From NCBI GenBank assembly GCA_977017575.1, contig CDRNVI010000124.1:1-31226 (forward strand): 31,226 bases of DNA, in the 5' to 3' direction. A program made the translations under genes and the position numbers. Of the stretch, positions 23,305 through 31,226 are shown in pieces. Within the stretch, counting starts at the first letter, position 1. Each line of letters starts with the position of its first letter. The notes under the pieces were generated by a model. The model saw nothing but the letters and a program-made list of their open reading frames with translations. It did no database searches and was not told the DNA's origin. This DNA is from Paramoeba atlantica (taxonomy: Eukaryota > Protista > Discosea).

Positions 23305-24832
23305 CTTGTATGTTTTATTCTGGCTTTGAGTAAATGCTAGTAGTTCGCTTAACACATGCTAGTCAATTAAAATTTAAAATTTAAAATTAATGGCGTAAGG
23401 GTGAGTAATATATAAAAACGGGACTTATAATTATGTTTATATTATAAAACTGGTTTATAAAGATTTAGGTAGTTGGAGGTGTAATAGACTAACAAGCCGA
23501 TAATTCTTAGTTGATCTTAGAAGGAGGTACAACCACATTGGGAATGAGAAAAGGCCCAAGTTCCATTAGGAGGCAGCAGTGAGGAATATTGAACAATGAG
23601 CGAAAGCTTGATTCAGCGAAACTACCTGAATTATGACAATTTATTGAAAAATTCTTGTTTAAGTGAGCATAATGAGGTTAAACTTAAGAATAAGCATCGA
23701 CTAACTTCGTGCCAGCAGTCGCGGTGATACGGAGGATGCGGGTGTTACTCAGCATTACTGGGCGTAAAGCGTATGATAAGTGGTTTATTTTTTAATAATA
23801 TAATTTTAAAGGCGTTATTAGTAATAATGAATAAATTATATATTAGTAAACTAAGAGTATTATTCAGATATATAGTATTCATAGAGGAAAGGTGAAATTT
23901 TATGATACTATGGAGACTATCAGAAGGTGAAAGCTATATATTAGATTTATACTGACACTAAAGTACGAAGGTATGGGTATCAAAGAGGATTAGAGACCCT
24001 TGTAGTCCATACAGACAACGATGGATGCTAACTGTAGGAAATATTTTTGTGGGTTTAGCTAACGCGTAAGCATCCCGCCTGGGGAGTATGATCGCAAGAT
24101 TTGAACTCAAAGAAAGTGGCTGAGATTTGGTACGAACGGTGGAACATGTGGTTTAATCTGATATAACGCATAAAATCTTACCAATTCTAGATTGAAAAAA
24201 ATTATAATAAATATAGTAAACTTTATATAATTTTTTTAAGCAGGTGTCGCATGGCTGTCGTCAGCTCGTGTAGTGATATGTATGGTTAGGTCCTGTAACG
24301 AGTGTAATCCTTACAATATAATAAAATATATGATATATTATTATATTATTATATGTTATATTATTATATGTTATATTATTATATTTTATTATATTGTATT
24401 ATTAATTATATATTAAATGAAATAGAGGAGGACGTCAAGTAGGTATGGCCCTGATGAATTGGGCTACACACGTGTTACAAAAATAATTACAAAAAAAAAA
24501 TAAATTGTGAAATTTATTTAAATTATAAAGATTATTATAGTTCGGATTATTTTTTGAAAATAAAAATATGAAGTTGAAATCGTCAGTAATCGAAAATTAG
24601 AATGTTTCGGTGAAATGGGATCCAAATCTAGTACACACTGCCCGTCACGCCAAGAAAGTTGTTAATATTGGAAAAATTATAATTAATAATTTATATTTAT
24701 TAATTATTTTTAATCTATTGGAGATAATTAATTTTTAATAAAATATTATTAATTATTTAATTTGAATGTATTGATAGTAATCAGGGTGAAGTCGTAACAT
24801 GGTAGTGGTAGGGGAACCTGCCGCTGGATGGA
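23305..24832 (+). rRNA. rns: Mitochondrial small-subunit rRNA (ends approximate)
   Basis: TAACACATGC, GGAGGCAGCAG, GTGCCAGCAGTCGCGG, GTCGTCAGCTCGTG, GTACACACTGCCCGTCA, AAGTCGTAAC..GGAACCTGCCGCTGGA. Confidence 0.96.
24341..24385. repeat. 15-nt tandem repeat (TTATATTATTATATG) x3 inside an rns variable region
   Basis: Copies start at 24341, 24356 and 24371 (last ends in T). Confidence 0.8.
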
Positions 24833-24839
24833 AAATAAA

Positions 24840-24945
24840 TTTATATTTTTTTAAAGGTAAGCTTATCGAACCCCTTTAAAATATTATATATTAAATTATA
24901 TTCTCGTAAAAATTTTTTATAAGAGTGTATAATTTATATTAATAC
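24840..24945 (+). rRNA. Candidate divergent mitochondrial 5S rRNA
   Basis: Two hairpins directly after rns; first has a loop ending in CGAAC like 5S loop C; closing helix I is weak. Confidence 0.35.
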
Positions 24946-24958
24946 AAATCATATTTTA

Positions 24959-25034
24959 GGTGAGTTGACCGAGTGGTTGAAGGTGTCGATCTGCTAAATC
25001 GATATATTATTCATATAATATCATGGGTTCGAAT
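24959..25034 (+). tRNA. trnS: tRNA-Ser(GCU), truncated after the T-loop by the junction
   Basis: GGTGAGT acceptor 5' strand, loop CTGCTAA, long variable arm, ATGGG-TTCGAAT; expected CCCAT-ACTCACC is absent. Confidence 0.88.
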
Positions 25035-25036
25035 TT
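25034..25036. other. Junction between mitochondrial and bacterial DNA (probable chimera)
   Basis: Both flanking genes are truncated here; composition, codon usage and genetic code change abruptly. Confidence 0.9.
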
Positions 25037-25475
25037 TGTGAATAATAGGATCTTCTTTCAAACAGGTGTTTGCCAACAAATTCTGGAAGTTCATCAATGC
25101 CAAGTTCGCGCACCAAAGGACGTTGGTCCTTTTCTTTTTCAATACGTTCCACCAAAGCCGAAACGGGTAGTTGCAAATAGATGGAGTGATCTGAGTTTTG
25201 AAGAATGGTTTCCATATTGGTTCCATAACAGGGCGTACCACCGCCAGTAGAGAGTAGGATGGATTTTTTTTGGGTCAGGACATCCGACAACATTTGGTGT
25301 TCCAATTTCCTAAAGAATATCTCTCCTTTTCCGAAAAAATCTCCTTTATGGATTTTTGTTGTTGCGCTTCAATATAGGTATCCAAATCAATGAATTCCAA
25401 TCCTAAATCCTTGGCCAACAGTTTCCCAACAGAGGACTTTCCACTTGCCATATAACCTACTAGAACTACTTTCAT
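25036..25475 (-). CDS. aroK: Shikimate kinase (bacterial; frameshift near 25328; 3' end cut at junction)
   Basis: GYMASGKS P-loop, DLD, STGGGTPC, RPL, LFERRSYY; adding one T to the 25327-30 homopolymer fuses the two ORFs. Confidence 0.93.
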
Positions 25476-25550
25476 TTATGTGAAATAAAATCGATTTGAA
25501 AAAAACACAAATTTATCATTAAATCATCTTGTAAAATAGATTAATGATAT

Positions 25551-25558
25551 TATATTTG
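25551..25558 (+). promoter_or_regulatory. Bacteroidota -7 promoter element TAnnTTTG upstream of tRNA-Lys
   Basis: TATATTTG(CA) about 40 nt before the tRNA. Confidence 0.6.
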
Positions 25559-25598
25559 CACCCGCTTAGAGCAATATTTTAATGCTCAATATAAGCAA

Positions 25599-25671
25599 GA
25601 CCTGATAGCTCAGTTGGTAGAGCATCTCCCTTTTAAGGAGAGGGTCCTGGGTTCGAGCCCCAGTCAGGTCA
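25599..25671 (+). tRNA. trnK: Bacterial tRNA-Lys(UUU)
   Basis: GACCTGA/TCAGGTC perfectly paired acceptor stem, loop CTTTTAA. Confidence 0.96.
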
Positions 25672-25684
25672 CAAATAAAAATGG

Positions 25685-25712
25685 AATCCCGGCACATGCC
25701 GGGATTTTTTAT
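25685..25712 (+). terminator. Rho-independent terminator after tRNA-Lys
   Basis: AATCCCGGCA-CA-TGCCGGGATT hairpin followed by a T-run. Confidence 0.85.
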
Positions 25713-25866
25713 GTTCTTAAATTATCCAAGGAAACCGTCGTTAAACAGGTTACAGAACTCACCGAACAGTTGCATATCTAACAATTAAATTGGTCTTAAT
25801 TAAATTGGCCTCCTAAGTTTTTTGGAGTTTTTAATTACTTTTAGTCCCTTGTTTAGCAACCTATAA

Positions 25867-27054
25867 ATGTCGATTCGCACTTATTCCCATATACTTTTGT
25901 TGTGCATAATACTGTTATGTTCGTGTAAAAAAAGAGGGGATAAACTAGGCGTCGAAACCACACCCAAACACGAACCCACAAACATGGTCAGCCCAATCAA
26001 CCCTGAGAATTTTGAACAAGTTATTGACGGGGATTCCATCCATCTATATATTTTAAGGAACAAATTTGGACTACAAGCTAGTTTTACAAATTTTGGGCAA
26101 CGCTTAATTTCACTTTCGGTTCCTGATAAAAATAGAGTGTTCGCCGATGTTGTTCTTGGTCGTAGTAGTTTGAAAGCTTACAACGAACCTGGAACTGCAT
26201 ATTTTGGGGCCACCATTGGCAGATATGGGAACCGTATAGCGGGTGGAAAATTTGCATTGGACAGTGTACACTATCCACTAGCCAAGAATAATGGCCCTAA
26301 TCATTTACATGGTGGAAACCAAGGATATGACAATGTAGTTTGGACGGTTGACCATGCTACAGAAAATGAAATCCAATTTTCCAGATTATCACCGGACGGA
26401 GAAGAAGGCTATCCCGGAAATCTGATGGTGCAAGTATTGTATCAACTAACGGACGAAGGCGAACTAAAAATTTATTATAAAGCAACAACAGATAAAAAGA
26501 CCATTGTTAACCTAACTCACCATTCGTTTTTCAACTTAAAAGGAGAAGGAGAAGGTACCATTGATGATCATATTGTTGAAATCAACGCCAACCATTATAC
26601 TCCTGTCAACGAAAACCTTATTCCTACCGGTGAAATTGCTTCGGTATCGAATACTCCAATGGATTTTACCACTGAAAAGTTGATTGGCAAAGACATTGCA
26701 TTGGATGTTGAACAACTGAGAATAGCAGATGGTTACGATCACAATTTTGTGTTGAATGCCGCTCCTTTAAATGGGGAAGGGTTGAAATTTGCGGCTCGAG
26801 TAACAGAACCTCTATCCGGTCGAGTGCTGGAAGTGTATACCAGCGAACCTGGTATTCAATTCTATAGCGGTAATTTCTTGGATGGCTCTGTTATGGGGAA
26901 AAATGGAAAACCTTACCTAAAACGAGGGGCTTTTTGTCTTGAAACCCAGCACTACCCCAACTCTCCAAATCAGGCCAACTTTCCAAGTACAATTTTGGAA
27001 CCAACGGAAACCTATACCTCTTCTTGCATTTATAAATTCAGTACAGAACAATAG
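25867..27054 (+). CDS. galM: Aldose 1-epimerase (galactose mutarotase) with lipoprotein signal
   Basis: GATIGRYGNRI, HLHGG, GEEGYPG, NLTHHSFFNL, YDHNF, FCLETQHYP; LLCSC lipobox. Confidence 0.95.
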   Translation: MSIRTYSHILLLCIILLCSCKKRGDKLGVETTPKHEPTNMVSPINPENFEQVIDGDSIHLYILRNKFGLQASFTNFGQRLISLSVPDKNRVFADVVLGRSSLKAYNEPGTAYFGATIGRYGNRIAGGKFALDSVHYPLAKNNGPNHLHGGNQGYDNVVWTVDHATENEIQFSRLSPDGEEGYPGNLMVQVLYQLTDEGELKIYYKATTDKKTIVNLTHHSFFNLKGEGEGTIDDHIVEINANHYTPVNENLIPTGEIASVSNTPMDFTTEKLIGKDIALDVEQLRIADGYDHNFVLNAAPLNGEGLKFAARVTEPLSGRVLEVYTSEPGIQFYSGNFLDGSVMGKNGKPYLKRGAFCLETQHYPNSPNQANFPSTILEPTETYTSSCIYKFSTEQ

Positions 27055-27084
27055 TACATTGTAGAAAGCCTTTTTCTGCTACTA

Positions 27085-27515
27085 TCAAAGAGGAAGTGAG
27101 GCTCTTCCCTCCTTTACATTGGTAACAAGGTCATCAATAGTGGTCTCTTCCATGTTTTTGATAAAAAAACTATTGGCATTCCAACTAAATCATGCAACGC
27201 GCAAGGATTTTCACTATCACATTCATTTATACTAAGCATACAGGATCGTAGACGTCCTTCCCCGTCAATGGCATTAATGACTTTGATCAAGGGCAATTCT
27301 TTGTTTTTATCGGTCACGTAGAAGCCTCCCTTAGGTCCTCTAGCAGAGGATATAATTTCCCGTCTTGACAACTCCTGCAAAAGTTTGGCCAAATAAGATT
27401 GGGGCACATTAATTCTGTCAAAGATATCCTTGACCATCATTTTTTGATTTTCATTGGTATGCAAAGCCAAAAAAAGGACGGCTTTTAAAGCATATTTGGC
27501 TGAATTGGAAAGCAT
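27085..27515 (-). CDS. Rrf2-family transcriptional regulator (frameshift near 27180)
   Basis: MLSNSAKYALKA, YLAKLLQEL, SARGPKGGF, C-x6-C-x5-C; corrected frame ends ...ASLPL* at 27085. Confidence 0.9.
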
Positions 27516-27604
27516 GCTACCTCATCATGATTACAAAGGCAATAATAAAAAGACTTTTTATCCTAAATGTGATTTTTATCATATTCTGCCTAACGAACAC
27601 ACAA

Positions 27605-27612
27605 TAATTTTG
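27605..27612 (+). promoter_or_regulatory. Bacteroidota -7 element upstream of the nos operon
   Basis: TAATTTTG matches TAnnTTTG, about 30 nt before ATG 27640. Confidence 0.5.
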
Positions 27613-27639
27613 GTCTCGAATTCTAACAACTGAAAACGG

Positions 27640-28144
27640 ATGAAAATTATTGTAAAAAGTACTGCACTTTTTCTCCTAACCCTACTTATAGGTTGTGGTG
27701 GAAAAGCAGACAAGCAAAAAGAGGGCTTTCAAGTCGAAAGACAAAAACTGCCACGGAACAACCTACCCCAGAAGTTGAGGTCAACAGCATCAAGCCTTCC
27801 GAAAGAATTGATCTTTCTAGCAAAGGTGTAGGCCCCATCAAATCCATAAAATTGGATGAAACCATAGATCAAGACCTAGTTGCCGAAGGGGAAGCAGTAT
27901 ATAACCAAATGTGTCTGGCATGCCATCGGGTTGGGAAAAAATTTATAGGTCCCGCTCCCAACGAAATTTTGGAAAGGCGCTCCCCGGAATGGGTTATGAA
28001 CATGATATTGAATCCAGAAGGAATGGTAAAAGAAGATGCTCTTGCCAAAGAACTTTTAATTGAATTTAATGGATCTCCATGGCCAATCAGGGACTGACAG
28101 AGGATCAGGCCCGAGCCGTGCTCGAATATTTTAGAACCCTATAA
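27640..28144 (+). CDS. Monoheme cytochrome c lipoprotein of the nos cluster (frameshifts near 27745 and 28079)
   Basis: LIGC lipobox, CLACH, distal Met in the restored GSPMANQGLT...EYFRTL*. Confidence 0.9.
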
Positions 28145-28153
28145 CAAATATGT

Positions 28154-28735
28154 ATGAAGTTAGTAGCCAACATTAATTTTTTTACTGGTTTGTTCCTTGC
28201 AGTCTGCTTATTGATAGGCTGTAAAAACGAAACCAATTCATCGAACTCTTCCACCCAACAGGTGGCATCAAAGCAAGAAACAAAAAAACAAGGGCAAGCT
28301 TTTCTCAAAGACGATGAGGCCACACCCAATGTTTTGGATATAGCTATAGGTTCCAAAGATCACACCACTCTAGTTGCGGCGGTACAGCGGCGGAACTTGA
28401 GAATGCCTTGGTCAACGCAGGGCCTCTAATGGTTTTTGCACCTACCAACGAGGCTTTTAATGCTTTACCCGAAGGAACCGTGGAAAATCTGGTCAAACCA
28501 GAGAACAAAGCAACGCTGGCCAACATTTTACAATACCATGTAACACCCGGGAAATACTCCAAAGAATTTCTGAAGAAATTTCAAAAAACTGGGGCAGGCC
28601 AATAACCAAAATGTGCAGGTTGAGGTACAAGGGGATGATGTTTACATCGGTGGTGCAAAAATTATAGCTAGTGTGGAAGCAGGTAATGGCATTGTGCATG
28701 TAGTTGACAAAGTAATATTACCGCCAAAAGAATAG
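28154..28735 (+). CDS. Fasciclin (FAS1) domain lipoprotein (frameshifts near 28387 and 28580)
   Basis: LIGC lipobox, HTTLVAAV, VFAPTNEAF, ILQYHV, NGIVHVVDKVILP. Confidence 0.9.
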
Positions 28736-28757
28736 AATAACTTTTAAAACAATAACA

Positions 28758-30714
28758 ATGAATAAATCAAACTATTTAATGTTTGCACTGGCAGCTGCTA
28801 CCCTATTTTTTGTAGGTTGTAACCAACAGGGCAAAAGTACGAACGGAGCACTCTCTTCCAGTGCTGCGGAAAAAGTGTATGTGGAACCGGGAGAACATGA
28901 TGATTTTTATGCATTCATCTCTGGCGGTTTTAGTGGGCAGTTATCAGTTTATGGCCTTCCATCTGGTAGATTATTTAAAGTAATCCCGGTATTCTCCAAG
29001 ATGCAGAAAAAGCATGGGATACAATGAGGAAACCAAACCTATGTTGAACACTTCCCATGGATTTGTTCCTTGGGATGATTCCCACCATCCAGATATATCA
29101 CAGACCAATGGCGAGCTGGATGGTCGATTTGTTTTTATCAATGGTAACAATACACCCAGAATTGCGAAAATTGATTTGAGTGTATTTGAAACCACAGAAA
29201 TCATTGAAATTCCGAATAGTGCCGGTAACCACAGCTCTGCTTTTGTTACCGAAAACACGGAATATGTTGTGGCAGGTACCCGATTCTCAGTTCCTATTCC
29301 CCAAAGAGATATTTCCATCAAGGAATACAAAGGAAACTTTAAAGGTTCGCTTTCCTTTATAAGTGTGGATCCAGAGGAGGGCAAAATGGACCTTTCTTTC
29401 CAGATTCTAATGCCTGGATTTGATTACGATTTGGCTCACCCAGGTAGGGGCGCCTCACATGGTTGGATGTTCTTTTCCACCTACAACTCCGAGGAATCCC
29501 ATACCCTAATGGAAGTTAATGCCTCTCAAAATGATAAAGACTTTATTGCCGCGGTTAATTGGAAAAAAGCTGAGGAATACATCAAAGAAGGAAAATTTAA
29601 AACCATGCCGGCCAACTATGCCCATAACGTTTACGATGAGCATACCCATACCGCCACTTCAACGATGAAAAAGGAGGTTCGAATATTGGATGCCTCTGAG
29701 CTACCTGGGCTAGTATACCTTTTACCAACTCCAAAGTCGCCACACGGATGTGATGTGAACCCCACAGGTGAATACATTGTTGGTAATGGAAAACTCTCAT
29801 CAGATCTAACGGTTCACTCCTTTACAAAAATGATAGATGCCATAGAAAATGAAAAATTTGACGGGGAAGCTTATGGTATTCCTATTCTAAAATTTGAGGA
29901 TGTCTTGGCCGGCACGGTTAAGCAGGCGGGTTTAGGCCCCTTGCATACAGAGTTTGATGGTCAGGGTAATGGCTATACAACCTTCTTTATCTCTTCTGAA
30001 GTAGTTAAATGGAAAGTAGGTACATGGGAAGTTGTAGACAGACAGCCTTGCTACTACTCCGTGGGTCACTTGATGATTCCAGGCGGAAATTCCAGAAAGC
30101 CATATGGGAAATATGCTGTCGCTATGAACAAAATCACCAAGGACAGATACCTCCCAACTGGACCTGAAGTTACGCAATCCGCACAGCTCTATGATATTTC
30201 TGGAGAAAAAATGGAACTCTTGCTGGATTTCCCAACAGTTGGGGAGCCTCATTACGCTGCTGGTATTGCTGCTGATTTGGTCAAAGAACGTTCCAAAAAG
30301 ATTTATAGCCTTACGGAAAACAAACACCCGTATGCCACAACCACTGATGCTAACGTTAAGGTGGAGCGCAACGGGAAAGAGGTCCATATTTATATGACCA
30401 TGATCAGAAGCCATTTTAACCCAGATAACATTGAAGGTGTAAAAGTGGGTGACAAAGTGTATTTCCATGTCACTAATTTGGAACAGGATTATGATGTGCC
30501 ACATGGAGTAAGCATGATCGGCGCCAACACCTCTGAGTTGTTAATCATGCCAGGGCAAACCGAGACCTTTGTATGGGAGCCAAAACAAGTTGGGGTATGG
30601 CCTTTTTACTGTACCGATTTCTGCTCGGCCCTCCACCAAGAAATGCAAGGTTATATACGAGTTTCACCTGCCAACTCCGATTTGGATTTGACCTGGTCTC
30701 TTGGCGAAGACTAG
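28758..30714 (+). CDS. nosZ: Nitrous-oxide reductase, clade II, Sec/lipoprotein-type leader (two deletions near 28997 and 29017)
   Basis: DSHHP, GNH, PKSPHG, GPLH, EPH CuZ histidines; CuA H...CTDFCSALHQEM; FVGC leader with no twin-arginine motif. Confidence 0.96.
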
Positions 30715-30749
30715 TGTACTGAAATAATAGTTAAACATTAACACGGATG

Positions 30750-30778
30750 AGCGGGAGGCATTGTCCTCCCGCTTTTTT
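30750..30778 (+). terminator. Hairpin/terminator between nosZ and nosB
   Basis: AGCGGGAGG...CCTCCCGCT followed by a T-run. Confidence 0.75.
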
Positions 30779-30798
30779 AAACTTTTAACTTTCTTGAA

Positions 30799-31226
30799 AT
30801 GAAAAAGAAATCCAAAATCTTAATGTTGGTCGGGGTCCTGCTCCCTCTACTCCTATTTGTTTTTCCCTTATGGAAAATCACTTTGGAAGCACCACAATAT
30901 CCTACTCCTTTGGGAATGTACATTCACATCAATGATTTTACAGACGCTAATCCGCACGACATCAAGAACATCAACTTAATGAATCATTATGTGGGCATGA
31001 AATACATACCCGAGGCTATTCCCGAGTTCAAAATATTCCCTGCAGGTATTCTCATTACCACTTTTATTGGATTATTGATTGCTTTTAAGGCCAACTACAA
31101 ATGGTACTTATATTGGTTTATCCTGATGATAATATTGAGTGCAGCTGGACTTTACGATTTCTATTTATGGGAACACGATTATGGGCATGACCTTGACCCA
31201 AAGGCCATTATGAAGTTCACCAACCC
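30799..31226 (+). CDS. nosB: NosB-like membrane protein of clade II nos clusters (3'-truncated)
   Basis: PLWKITLEAPQYP, NLMNHYVGMK, WEHDYGHDLDP; several TM segments; directly follows nosZ. Confidence 0.75.
   Translation, partial: MKKKSKILMLVGVLLPLLLFVFPLWKITLEAPQYPTPLGMYIHINDFTDANPHDIKNINLMNHYVGMKYIPEAIPEFKIFPAGILITTFIGLLIAFKANYKWYLYWFILMIILSAAGLYDFYLWEHDYGHDLDPKAIMKFTN

Noticed and set aside
25011-25250. ORFs spanning the junction (25011-25241 minus, 25023-25250 plus)
   Set aside because: Shadow frames of aroK that cross a probable artefact.
25757-25764. ACTCACCG equals the missing 3' acceptor strand plus discriminator of the split trnS(GCU), as an att-site remnant would
   Set aside because: Only 8 nt, lacks the required preceding CCCAT T-stem, and no integrase is present; compatible with chance.
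25275-29030. Frameshifts in aroK, Rrf2, cytochrome c, fasciclin and nosZ suggesting pseudogenes or programmed frameshifting
   Set aside because: Mostly single-base errors in short homopolymers, with no premature decay of motifs; typical long-read indels.
29180-30504. Overlapping and antisense ORFs within nosZ and galM listed in the track
   Set aside because: Shadow ORFs of well-supported genes.

Overview
The window joins two unrelated genomes. Bases 1 to about 25034 are an extremely AT-rich, intron-free protist mitochondrial genome with every gene on the + strand, translated with TGA=Trp (code 4, supported by a tRNA-Trp(UCA) gene). The standard-code ORF track therefore fragments most of its genes. 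Gene order: cob(3' part), unidentified ORF, nad3, atp6, nad4L, nad5, nad6, nad11, nad1, nad4, nad2, rps2, rps4, atp1, cox2, cox3, cox1, tRNA cluster, atp9, tRNAs, rnl, tRNAs, rns, candidate rrn5, truncated trnS(GCU). At about 25035 the sequence switches abruptly, inside the T-loop of trnS and inside the 3' end of a bacterial aroK, to a Flavobacteriaceae-like chromosome: aroK, tRNA-Lys, galM, an Rrf2 regulator and the start of a clade II N2O-reduction cluster (cytochrome c, fasciclin lipoprotein, nosZ, nosB-like). Single-base indels in both parts point to unpolished long-read sequence, and the junction is most likely a chimera. The strongest real biological signal is that at least 12 of 17 complete mitochondrial tRNA genes have mismatches essentially confined to acceptor-stem pairs 1-3, the signature of Acanthamoeba-type 5' tRNA editing. 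Other signals are novel C-terminal tails on Cox2 and Cox1, a cryptic 5S-like RNA and a G-tract element. I found no evidence for a wholly new type of system.
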